DNA of 64,000 bases from Octopus sinensis (Eukaryota), in contig NC_043001.1 of the NCBI RefSeq assembly GCF_006345805.1, forward strand, positions 120,280,001 through 120,344,000. Direction: 5' to 3'. The notes beneath the pieces are model-generated. The model was given only the letters and a program-made list of their open reading frames with translations. It did no database searches and was not told the origin of the DNA. The translations under genes and the position numbers were made by a program. This document shows, piece by piece, positions 50,305 through 61,703 of the stretch (positions are counted from its first letter, which is position 1; each line of letters begins with the position of its first letter).

Positions 50305-50463
50305 CGACGAGCTTCTTTCAGTTTCCGTCTACCAAATCCACTCACAATGCTTTGGTCGGCCCGAGGCTATAGTAGAAGACACTTGCCCAAGGTGCCACGC
50401 AGTGGGACTGAACCCGGAACCATGTGGTTGGTAAACAAGCTACTTACCACACAGCCACTCCTG
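50064..50463 (-). mobile_element. Full-length SINE family B
   Basis: Complete reverse-complement copy. Confidence 0.95.
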
Positions 50464-50839
50464 ACCTTAAATAACGAACAAGATATCATTTGAAAGTTAT
50501 GATATATTTGATTAAAGCAGAATCTTTATGTATTTAATTAATAAGGAATCAGTATAATGTTGCTCAGCAACGCTAACTACATAGATTACCTTTATATTTC
50601 AGCTTATTTATATGTATATTTCTTCATTTATATATCTTTACTTTTGTCTTTTTCTCTTAATTACGGCTTCAGCTGTCCTGTTTCATTCAAGAAACAAGCA
50701 GCTGGATAATACATAGTTATTCAATACACCTGAATAATTACCTCATGGGTAGTTTATTTAGAGACGACCATTCATATATTTGAGAATTTGTGCGTCTGTA
50801 GGAATTTGCGGGCCATACACTGACACCCACCCACACACA

Positions 50840-50889
50840 CACATACATGTATATATGTACGTGTTTATATATGTATATATATGTATATA

Positions 50890-50956
<67 letters not shown>
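50840..50956. repeat. (TA)n-rich microsatellite
   Basis: Direct reading. Confidence 0.95.
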
Positions 50957-50958
<2 letters not shown>

Positions 50959-52135
50959 TCATGAGTTGTAGAGACGATCAAAGCAATAATGTATCTTATC
51001 ATTCTTAATACGTTTCGGCAGATGCAACACGCATGTGTGGTCATGTTGCCTTTCGTAATTTTTCAGACGTCGAGTGTTCATTGCCCACGCAATTTTGTAA
51101 GGCGATGTTGAGTCACCACGCTGTTTCGACTTTATTGCATGTCTCCTCAATCAAAGCTAACCCACGTTTCAATTTATATAACATGAATTCTGCCTCTTGT
51201 TCATAGAGATTAGCAAACACATCTTTTGTTAATACGTGTTGATGTCTGCCAAACTGATAATAGCCCATGAGGTACACGAAGAGCAGCGAGAATTCCAACA
51301 ATAACACATCTCTTCCCTTTCAGTGCGTTCTGGCTGATTCGGATCTTCTAACATTAGGCGACCTCTAGGAGTCACTTTACGTCAACAATTTCAGTGTGTT
51401 ATGAAGACACATCGTCTAAAGAAATATCGTGGGGTATTTGATATATTAAAATCTTCAAGATGTTCCAGCATGGCAGCAAACTGAAACCGGTGATGGGGTA
51501 AGATTTTTTATAAGGCGTCACCTTTGTCCTTCATCCCTCCGCAGCAATAAACTGAGTACCAGTAATACACTGAAGTAAGATTTATTTGGCTGTTCCTTTT
51601 CCCTCCGAAAAAATTGTACGTGACCGTCAACCTGCTAAAAATAGAAGCGGAATCTTCCTAAAATTTCATCTTAATATCTTTGTAAAAGGAACGACATCTT
51701 GTATACTGCCCGACAACAAAAAGAGGCAGACACGAGTGCTATACATTTAACTATTCGCCCACTAAATCAGGACTAGCCTTACTCTAAATACATTTATACC
51801 CAAGTCAGAATTTAGACATTCTCATCTGCCTTCTCCTCTTTTCCTCGCTCTTCCTCCTGTTATTATAATCATCATCATCAGTATAATTATCATCACTGTT
51901 TTTATTATTTTATCGCTGCACAGTTTTACAAGCTTTCGTACAATCGTTGTGAAAAAGTATTTGTAACATGCTTTTTTTTCTAAGTCGGAAACATTGTTAA
52001 GTTGACAACAGCCTTGTTGAAATTCCTTCCTGATATTTGATAGGTCTCTACCATCTTTTCTTTGGATGTATAGTTGTTGGTTTGATATTTATAATGAATA
52101 TGGGATATTTTGTAAAATGTTTTTAATATAAGACG

Positions 52136-52525
52136 AAGGCGTGGCTGTGTGGTAAGACCTTTGCTTCTCAACCACACGGTTCCAGGTCCACTCCCACTGA
52201 GTGGAACCATTGGGCAAGTGTCTTCAACTATAACCTCGGGCTGACCAAAGCCTGCCTTGTGAGTGTATTTAGTAGACGGAAACTGAAAGAAGCTCGTTGC
52301 ATATGTGTGTGTGTCTTTGTGGTTGTGTTTGACTCCAACTAGCCCTTGACAACCGGTGTTGGTGTTGTTACGTCCCCTTGACACAACGGTTCGGCAAGAG
52401 AGCCCGATAGAATACGTTCCAAGCTAAGAAAAAATAAGCTCTGAAGTCGATTCATTCGACTAGAAATTCTTCAAGGCGGTGCTACATCATGGCCGCAGTC
52501 CAATGACTGAAACAAGTAAAAAGAT
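52136..52525 (+). mobile_element. SINE family B, older subfamily
   Basis: gtggctgtgtggtaag...ttgggcaagtgtcttc...ggaaactgaaagaagc...catggccgcagtccaatgactgaaacaagtaaaa. Confidence 0.9.
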
Positions 52526-53419
52526 TAAAATAAGATAACTTTCCATAGAACCAAGGTCTGTCATGTTGTTACATCAACTCTACAATGCCATTACACTATT
52601 GGTAGTTCTAGTAATATCTACCTAACACCAATTTATATTTGAGTTGGGTAAATAATAATATAGAATGTTTTGGCAATCAAAATAGTCTTTATTTGCACAG
52701 TTTTACTTTCTTTAGCTACCAAATAGATGTAGAATGCATAATTGCCAAGCTCTTTTATGGACGTCCAATCCATATATTTCACTTCTCAGTCAACCTCCCG
52801 GTATCATATTATTTTATTTATCTATTTATCAATTCATTTGCATTATCCAGGTCAAAGAATATTTTAATATCTCTGCTAAACTGTTTGATAAAACTGCAGA
52901 GACTCACAAATTTAGGACCGTTTGCAACATATAAAACCTACATCGTTCACGAAAGACAAAAATTTCCTTTTTTTTATTATCTAACTCAAAGCCAACAATC
53001 ATAAAATAAAGTAACAGCAGATGTGATATCACCTTGAAGCATCCCAGTAGATCTTTCTGGGAAGTTGGAGCTTGCGCATAATAGCTTTTGGCCTTATATG
53101 AAAGACAGAAAGTATATTTTGTATCGTTATTTCGATTTTGTTACTGTAGATTATGTATGTAAATATTGTCTATTGATAAAAGTAAAAATCATGGGTATTT
53201 GGGGAACAGTTATTTGTGTTGGTATGTTTATGTGAGTTATGTACATAGTAGCTATAGCGTTGCAATACTATCTCATATTCGTCTCCTCACCTCTATATAC
53301 GTTTCGTTTCTCTCAAATTCAACGAGAATGCATATGTGTGTTGTCTAAAAGGATTTACTTTTAATACATTCAACGCATTAGATGTTAGAATCAACCTTTC
53401 GCTGGATAAAAGCAGAAGC

Positions 53420-53730
53420 TGAACACTCCGCTTATATCCTGAGTTCAAATTCAGTCGTGCTCAACTTTGCCTCTCGTCATCTCGGAGTTGAAAAAAAAAA
53501 GAAACAAGTAACAATTCAGTACTGCTGTTGATGTAATGGACTAACCCCTTCCTTTCCCATAATATTACTGGACTGAACCAAAATTTGAAACTATGTAAGA
53601 GATTACGAGCTGGTAGAATCGTTAAAGCGTCGAACAAAATGCTAGGCGAGATTTCTCTTGGCTCTTTAATCTCTTAGTTCAAATTTCACCGATGTCAACC
53701 TCGCCTTTTATCCTTTCGAGGTTCATAAAA
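53420..53730 (+). mobile_element. Two degenerate SINE family A copies
   Basis: ctgagttcaaattc...aactttgcc and gagctggtagaatcgtta...ttcaaatttcaccgatgtcaacc. Confidence 0.7.
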
Positions 53731-53864
53731 CACCGATTTGAATTATGAAATCTTCAAATACACGATCAAAGAATCCCCAATGACAAGTGGTAAGGGTCAG
53801 GCTTTCATAGCTCTTTCCTTCCAGCATTTGAAGATGTAATTCAAACCGATAGGATAGTCATTCT

Positions 53865-54017
53865 TCTTCTTCTTCTTCTTCTTCTTCTTCTTCTTCTTCT
53901 TCTTCTTCTTCTTCTTCTTCTTCTTTTCTTCTTCTTCGTCGTCGTCGTCGTCTCTAGTTCTCGATCTATCTCTTTTTCTCTCGCTCTATCATCATCACCA
54001 TCATCATCACCATAATC

Positions 54018-54066
<49 letters not shown>

Positions 54067-54070
54067 CCAC

Positions 54071-54165
<95 letters not shown>
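53865..54165. repeat. (TCT)n/(TCG)n and (CAT)n trinucleotide arrays
   Basis: Direct reading; explains the poly-Met ORF artefact. Confidence 0.97.
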
Positions 54166-54168
<3 letters not shown>

Positions 54169-54348
54169 TGCCCGCTTTATGGTCCGTCCATGTAGTTGCG
54201 ATAAAATAAACAGTAGAGTGTAGTATCAGTTAAATGTGAGGCACTGTGAGATTACATTGGAGACAGAAATTAAACGGACAATGTATTGAGAAAACGGATA
54301 CAGCAGTGGACAAATTGTCTGGCATTATTTAGATGCGAACGAAACGGG

Positions 54349-54751
54349 GAGCTGGCAGAATCGTTAACACGCCGGAAAAATGCTTAGAGGCATTTGTCTA
54401 TCTTTACGTTTTGAGTTCAAATTCCGCCGAGGTCGACTTAGCCTTTCATCCTTTCGGGCTTTATAAATTGAGCACCTGTGAAACACTGCGGTCGATGTGA
54501 TCAACTAATCTCCTCCCCGAAAGGTTCGGGCCTTGTGCTTGTAGTAGAAAGGACTATTTAGTTGCGAATGAAGCGGTAAATTGACAGAGTCGTTAGCATT
54601 TCGTCCGTCTTTACGTTCTGAGTTCAAATTCTGCCAAAGTCGACTTCGTCTTTCATCTTTTCGAGGTAGATAAAGTAAGTACCAGTTGAACATTGCGGTA
54701 GACTTACCCACTCCTCCTAAATTGTTGGCCTTGTGCCAAAATTTGAAATCG
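54349..54751 (+). mobile_element. Two tandem SINE family A copies separated and flanked by the same target motif
   Basis: tatttag(a/t)tgcgaa at 54326, 54555 and 54753. Confidence 0.85.
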
Positions 54752-54964
54752 TTATTTAGTTGCGAACGTTTAGGTTCTTTGTTGAAATCCTTTCAAGGTA
54801 CTCGTTGCATTTAAGCATCTTTCTGTGACCTATAAAATAAGATAGAAATCAAATGCCGGGTACGGTCTATCAACTAACCCCCAATTCCACAATATGAGAT
54901 CTTATACAACGTTTGTCTTTTATTTGTTTCGATCATTGAACTGTAGTCTTGAACGTGCAATCCT

Positions 54965-55345
54965 GCCTTCAAGTGTTTTATTGGAATAAATCGACACCAG
55001 TATTTATATTACTTTTTAAGGCGTAGTACTTATTGTATCGCCGAATCACTAACTTACGACGAAAACAAAGCAACACCGATTGTAAGCGTTGAGGTGTATC
55101 AAACAAAGACACATGCACGCACGCACATACACACACACACACACTTAAACATCCATATATATGTGTGTATGTCTGTGTGTGTGTGTAAACAACAGGCTTT
55201 GACACAGTTCCCGTCTAACAAATTGGTTCAGAAGATAGTCTATCCAGGACAGTGGAAGACACTTGAGCAAGGTGCTGCGCAATGGGCCTGGATCAGAGAC
55301 GAGCATATTTGCAAAGCGTGCTTCTTAACGACGAAGCAGTAACAT
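54965..55345 (-). mobile_element. Highly diverged SINE family B
   Basis: gaagacacttgagcaaggtgc (CORE-like, reverse), internal CA/TG repeat, tail-like block. Confidence 0.6.
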
Positions 55346-55369
55346 CCAGAACTGGATGTTGGACACAAT

Positions 55370-55600
55370 TTGAAACAGAGCTGATCAAAATTTTAGAAAG
55401 TGAGATCTGTAGGGATTGAGGTGTATGTGCAGGTATATTGTTGTCGTCAGCATATAAGTGAGTCGACAATTTTATTAAGGTGTTTGTTTACCGTCTGAAA
55501 CTACTGATGTCATCGATAGGGATACCAAAAACAGCCGAGCACCGAAAGGTGCCACTAAATGTACCCAGATTTTGTGTTCAAGTCCTCTTTCAGGTTCTGA
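55370..55600 (-). mobile_element. Decayed LINE RT fragment
   Basis: Minus: frameshifted SVLG.., then IDDI...THLYADD...SLQISL. Confidence 0.55.
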
Positions 55601-55809
55601 GTTTACTCGTAAGTAAACTTCTCATAATCTGATTAATTTTCTCTGAGAATATTTTAATTACCCTAAAGCTCTCAATTTGCGCTTGCTGTAAGCCAGTTTT
55701 AAAAAAAGAAAAAAAAAACTGATACATTTGCGTCAACACATTGACTTCTTGTTTGTTTATTTGTGGATCAAGGAACATTTATTTATTTATTATTTTTCCT
55801 GTTAAAATC

Positions 55810-55960
55810 GGTGGATGGTAAAATTGGCAGGACATCGGCTTAGTGATTTATTTCCCTTTACCCTGAGTTAATTCTTATGAAAGTGAGCCCCGCTCTTCAT
55901 CGATCGAAAATCGATAAAATAGGTACCGGGCAAGTACTGGGATCGATATAATCATCTGTT
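55810..55960 (+). mobile_element. Degenerate SINE family A
   Basis: ccctgagttaattc...gataaaataggtacc...ctgggatcgatataatc. Confidence 0.65.
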
Positions 55961-56640
55961 TATTTTCTGAAAAAAAAATGTCATCTTGTTCACAAAACAG
56001 AAATCAATATTCCCTTTGATGTATGAAGCGCCTTTATTTTAGCAATAGTGTGATGAAGAACTTAACACCTCCCACATTACGCTGCTGAATATTTTGTTTT
56101 TCGAGAAAAGGAACTGTCAATTTTATTGATCAGAAATAAAATGTTTGTGTTCATGTCACTCTTTAGGAAAACAACGAATGAACAAAATGGTTGAAACTAT
56201 TTTATAATTTATTTTCACAGCAATAAGATTATAAGGGCGATAAACTGTACCTAACTTGTGTAGTCACAAAGATCTCATTGGTATTGACACATAGTAATAC
56301 TCCAGAAAATCTAACACCACACACAGGAAACAGTCGCAATTATTCTGGGAGTAATGCATGTATAACTTTGTATTTATTTATTTGTTAATTTAGCCGTTTG
56401 GCTGATTGAATTACTCCTATAATATTCGCAGGTCATATTGTCTAAAATGTACAACGAACTGAACTTAAAATAAAACATAGTACTAGTCAATTACTGGGGT
56501 ACATGTAGTTGGCTACCACAGCCTCTTCGAAATTCTGGCCTTGTGCCTATGTTAGAAAAATTTATGATTTGTAGAAGAAAGAGAGAATAACTGTACTAGT
56601 AGAATGACGGACAAATTATTTTGCAATAATTCGTTGCCTT

Positions 56641-57025
56641 AAGGCGGTGAGCTGGCAGAAACGTTAGCACGCCGGGCGTAATGCGTGGCCATATTTCGTC
56701 TGCCGTTACGTTCTGAGTTCAAATTCCGCCGAGGTCGACTTTGCCTTTCATCCTTTCGGGGTCGATTAAATAAGTACCAGTTACGCACTGGGGTCGATAT
56801 AATCGACTTAATCCGTTTGTCTGTCCTTGTTTGTCCCCTCTTTGTTTAGCCCCTAGTGGGCAGTAAAGAAATAAGAATCGTTAGCACACCGGGCAAAATA
56901 CTTAGCGGCATTTCGTCCGTCGTTAGGTTCTGGGTTCAATTTCCACCGAAGACGACTTTTCCTTTCTTTCATTTGAAGTTGATGAAATAAGCACCAGTTG
57001 CACCCTTGTGCCAAAAAATTGAAGC
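56641..57025 (+). mobile_element. Dimeric SINE family A
   Basis: Full unit 56641-56873 joined to a head-truncated unit starting agaatcgttagc. ataattcgtt flanks the pair (56626-56635, 57028-57037). Confidence 0.9.
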
Positions 57026-57424
57026 CTATAATTCGTTAAATTCTGAGTTCAAATCTTGCCCATGCTGAGGAAAATTTATTCATATTGGTTCGATTGAAAT
57101 AAAGAAGGAGCTGTACATGTAGGATGAATTCAAACGATTATACATGATCCGCCTATAAAATTATGTCTCCGACGCACAAGAGAGATTCTGAGCCGTCACA
57201 TTGCTCTTTCTTTGGCAAAAACGGTAAGTCTACGTAATCTTATACTAAATCTGAAAGCAGATTGAATAGTCAGGGCAAAGATGATTTTGATAAAAGATTT
57301 ACTGAAACTAAATGCATAACATTTTATCCGCATAAATAAGGAATAAAAGAGGAATTATATAGAGTAAATGTTGGGCTACATTCACGCTTTCAAGAAATGT
57401 CATCTTGGCCTCGTCTGAGTAACA

Positions 57425-57640
57425 TATATCATTGCTTATGCCTAAGTCAACCTCGATTGAACGAACTTTTGATTAAACATTCCAGCTCTGACAACAGCCA
57501 CTTTTATTCTAGAAGAGTTTCTTCTGATCTAATTTATTTAATATATCTTCATTCATTATAAGACGGTTGAGTGTGTGTTTAGGAAGATTTGGATGCTGTT
57601 CCTAGCAAAGACAGCAACTACACAAAGTTTACCAACTGGT
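57425..57640 (+). mobile_element. Degenerate SINE-like family C
   Basis: gatttggatgctgttcctagc block shared with 3610 and 61375. Confidence 0.45.
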
Positions 57641-57907
57641 CTTGAGTGATACATATGACGCCATTGATATAGATAATATAATAGAAATTTCAAAACGGTA
57701 CTTGATAATATACTCTCTATGCAGTTACCAAATAATTTCTGTGATTTACTTTATTTGTTATAATCAGTTTGGAAATAGGCTACACAACCCGTAAACTAAC
57801 ATTTCTAGTCTGCCAACTGAATTACAGAAATCAGCTCTGCTACTGGAAATATATTTTCAGTCTACGGCGGAATTTATGCATAGAACTATCAACAATTATG
57901 TGAACGT

Positions 57908-57972
<65 letters not shown>

Positions 57973-58412
57973 TAATGTGAGTTTAGAGGGATATATTACC
58001 GTGGTAACTCTCAGTTGTGTTCCAGGTTACGACTGCCCGCATCGATTAATAATTAATGTCTATGGCTACTAGGAGTTGTCAGTCATGCTGCAAATTCCTC
58101 CGATACGTAATTTCGAGTTCGCATCAGTGCATGCTAATTTCATCTGGAGTGTATATTAGCAATAATTATAACGATAGAGACTGGTACAAATGGGAAAGAG
58201 TCCGCTTCGAACTAAACTAGTTGAAAGACCTCGTACGAAGCAGCACAGAAAATCCTGCCCGGTTGCAACTGCCCGTACTTGGCGCAGTGGGAACACATAC
58301 CGTCACCGTAACTATAAAAATATGCTGTATGATATTGTAAAATAAAAACAAATAAATGTTGAGGATGTACCAGTCTCCATGTTCTCTAACGTTATAACTA
58401 TTGCAAGGTGTA

Positions 58413-59670
58413 GAGGGTGGGGAAGCAAAATTTACAATACTTGGAGGCAGGGATTGAAAGACTGTGTATGACCAATTAGTTTATTGAAAGTCATGAGAAT
58501 TTATTTGCCACAAGAAAATTTACAAAATAGAAATTTTTTTTATTCTATGTGTCCTCCTTTTTTTCCCTATAACTGCCTTCACACGCTTCCTGAAACTTGC
58601 ACAAGTGTTCCTCAAATATTCGGGAGACAACGTCTCCCATTCTTCTTTAATAGTATCTTTAAGAGAGTCGACATTGCTGTGTGATGTTCTATTGGTAGCA
58701 TGTTCTAAAACGCCCCAAATAGCATAATCCAGAGGGTTGAGATCTGGGCTAGAAGGCGGCCATAAACATGATTCCAAAAAATTACTGAAGTTGGATTTGC
58801 AGAAATCTTGTATTTTTCTAGCTGTGTGGGCTGGAGCACCATCCTGTGACCATACATAATTACCATGTGGGTAGTTTGCCTTAGGGCATGGCAATACCTG
58901 GTATCTCAGAGTCTTGTAGTAAGTATTAACATTGATCTTTTCATCAGCTTTGTAAAATTTTATAGGCATTTTCTTTCCATCGGAAGCCACAACACCAAAA
59001 GCCATAACTTGAACAGGATGTTTTGTTTTGAATGTCCCCTTAACCTCAGCTGTTGATTTTGAGATAAATCTATCATTTCTGCGATTCAGAACAGCATCGA
59101 CACTGAAGATTTTTTCATCTGAAAAGATCGTTAAAATGGAGGACTGTTTCTTGAACCATGTGATAATTTTCTTGCACCTTTCCAATCTCTTTTCCTTCAT
59201 AGCAGTTGCCAACAAGTGTTTTGGTGTTCTTCCGTAAGATTTTAACCTCAAATCATATTTTATTACATTTCTAATGGTCTTGTTGTCTACCTCAAGTTCA
59301 ATTGCCATATTTCTCATGGATTTGGGTAGATCCTTTCGGATAATGGATTTGAGAGCTGTAATAAAAGCTTTGGTACGTTTTTTGTTGATTCCTCCACTTC
59401 CAGACTTCCTTGTAATAGTTTTGCTCATAGTCATTCTATTCTTTACATTATAAACAGTCTTTATGGAGACTCCAACTATTCTTGAAATCTCCATTGGTGT
59501 GACGAGTGCATTCAGCAAATCACACACTCTTTGATGTTTGCTTTCCTGATTACTCATATGGGCAAAGATTTCTGAAAAGGTAAGTGGTAGGTATGATATG
59601 ACATCAATATATGTAGGATTTCAAAGCAATTGACTTAGTGCCTGCTGAGAAAAAAACAACTTAACTTTCA
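58413..59670 (-). mobile_element. DD37D (maT) Tc1/mariner-superfamily transposon
   Basis: Transposase ORF. A TIR-like TA|gagggtggggaagcaaaatttacaata is at 58411; the opposite end appears lost at a (TA)n near 59670. Confidence 0.85.
58520..59557 (-). CDS. DD37D transposase, 345 aa, uninterrupted
   Basis: N-terminal HTH region (ISRIVGVSIKTVYNV), FSDEK, WSQDGAPAH, WPPSSPDLNPLDY. I count 37 residues between the second and third Asp. The C-terminus reads KRRTHRIKK, probably a frameshift in an A-run from a GGHIE* end. Confidence 0.92.
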   Translation of the reverse strand: MSNQESKHQRVCDLLNALVTPMEISRIVGVSIKTVYNVKNRMTMSKTITRKSGSGGINKKRTKAFITALKSIIRKDLPKSMRNMAIELEVDNKTIRNVIKYDLRLKSYGRTPKHLLATAMKEKRLERCKKIITWFKKQSSILTIFSDEKIFSVDAVLNRRNDRFISKSTAEVKGTFKTKHPVQVMAFGVVASDGKKMPIKFYKADEKINVNTYYKTLRYQVLPCPKANYPHGNYVWSQDGAPAHTARKIQDFCKSNFSNFLESCLWPPSSPDLNPLDYAIWGVLEHATNRTSHSNVDSLKDTIKEEWETLSPEYLRNTCASFRKRVKAVIGKKRRTHRIKKISIL

Positions 59671-60085
59671 TTATATATATATATAAGGTAAGCAGAGTTA
59701 GTGGTTGTAGTAACAGATTAAGAGATAAAAGTATCCGTATCAATTACCTGTGTCATGAGTATGCAGGCACACTATGCTCATAGGGTACAGGTAACAACAG
59801 AATAAACAGAAGTTTATCAGGAATCAAATTTAAATAATCAGAAAATGAAGAAAACTTTTGATCAACAAACAAACGAATTTAAGCAGATCGATAGATCGTA
59901 TGTGCTATGAAAATGACGAATATTATTTTCGGAATTTCTTTCGTTAGCACTGACTAACATTGGAAGCAGAAACAGCTGTAAGAAATGTTATGTCGTGTTT
60001 TGTATTAATAAATAATCGTTCGATGAAGTTCGATTTGTTTGTTTGCTGATGAAAAGTTTTCTCCATTTTCTGATTATATAAATAT

Positions 60086-60141
<56 letters not shown>

Positions 60142-60272
60142 TCATATATATATATGTGTATGTATAAAATAAAAGGAATTAAATTCTGAGGTCCAGTACC
60201 AGTGTCCATATTTTCTATCATTATAACTGTTGCTTGGTGTAAACATATATATATATATATATATATAATAAT

Positions 60273-60428
60273 AAATATTAGGGAATAAATCCAAATTTAC
60301 AGGGAAAAAATCAGATTTAGGATTAAATCGATTTTATAGTAAAATATTATAAAATATTATTCGAGACAAAACCACTATTTTGCAAAACAAACAAGGAAAG
60401 ACTTAATTAATACATAAAATTTTAATAA
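60273..60428. repeat. Dispersed repeat family D
   Basis: Homologous to 26041 and 31311; abuts (TA)n. Confidence 0.82.
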
Positions 60429-60731
60429 ATATATGTCTCTATGTCTATGAGTGTGAATAAGATGTCCACAATTCCAGTTTATGAGATGAAAAATATCAAC
60501 ACACCCCTTCACTAGAGTCGAATCACATATTTTGTGCGTACGGACCAATCGTTCTATCCCTTAAGCTAAGTACATGCTACACAAACTCAGCTCTCAACCG
60601 ATATAAACGTTCTAGATAAACGGGAGTTAATCCCATTACATCGCATTGGAATCACGTACTATATATTTGGCAACAACTGAGACTTTAGTAGATTTCCTAC
60701 AACAGCCAAAGTGTAATATAGTCCATTGCAT

Positions 60732-61345
60732 AAGGCGGCGAGCTGGCAGAAACGTTAGCACGCCGGGTGAAATGCTTAGCGGTATTTCGTCTGTCGCTCC
60801 GTTCTGAGTCCAAATACCGCCGTGGTCAACTTTGCCTTTCCTCTTTTCGGGATCGGATATGTACCAGTTACGTACTGGGGTCCATATAATCGACTTGATC
60901 CGTTTGTCTGTCCTGGTTTGTCCCCTCTGGGTGTAGCCCCTTGTGGGCAGTAAAGAAATAGGTATTTCGTTTGCCGTTACGTTCTGGGTTCAAATTCCGC
61001 CGAGGTCTACTTTGCCTTTCATCCTTTCGGCGTCGATAAATTAAGTACCAGTTACGCACTGGGTCGCTGTAATCGACTTAATCCCTTTGGCTGTCCTTCT
61101 TTGTTCTCTCTGTGTTTAGCCCCTTGTGGGCAATAAAAAAATAAGAAACGTTAGCGCACCTGGCGAAATGCTTAGCGGTATTTCATCTGTCTTTACGTTC
61201 TGAGTTCAAATCCCGCCGAGGTCGACTTTGCCTTTCATCCTTTCAGGGCCGACAAATTAAGTACCAGTTGTGTACTGGGGTTGATCTAATCGACTGCCCC
61301 CTCCCCCAAAATTACGGGCATTGTGCCTAAAGTAGAAAAGAATAT
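60732..61345 (+). mobile_element. Trimeric SINE family A with flanking TSD
   Basis: Units 60732-60960 (full), 60961-61143 (starts ggtatttcg) and 61144-61345 (starts agaaacgttagc, different tail). aatatagtcca(t/g)tg(c/t)at at 60715-60731 and 61341-61357. Confidence 0.92.
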
Positions 61346-61374
61346 AGTCCAGTGTATGTGTGGTAGATATTTTT

Positions 61375-61560
61375 TCTGGTGTTGTTCAAGACTAATCGGG
61401 CGGACTTGACCTATGATCAAAGACATTCTAGTCATCCAGGTGTAATGTACCTGGACTACATTATCCAACGTATCGTTTCTCTTTTTTCTGAAAGCATTTG
61501 TGATTTCAGGGAGATATGGATGCTATTCCCAGCAGATCGGGCGACTACGGAGGGACGGTG
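61375..61560 (+). mobile_element. SINE-like family C
   Basis: gacctatgatcaaagacattc...ggatgctattcccagcagatcgggcgactac. Confidence 0.55.
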
Positions 61561-61589
61561 TGTAACCTCTCCCTTCTTGCATTGAAACT

Positions 61590-61703
61590 GTACACTGGTG
61601 AAGTTCTTTAAAAACTCATACCAAAAAGAAAGTGTAAAACGACCAAAAGTTAAATACAACCTAAACGGTAAATATAATATATTTGTTTTCGAACACCCCT
61701 GTA
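61590..61703. mobile_element. Tc1/mariner-type terminal fragment
   Basis: Ends gaacacccctg|ta (reverse complement TA|caggggtgttc). Confidence 0.35.

Noticed and set aside
53966-54166. Poly-Met ORF, or poly-His on the other strand
   Set aside because: Pure (CAT)n microsatellite with no flanking coding context or splice signals.
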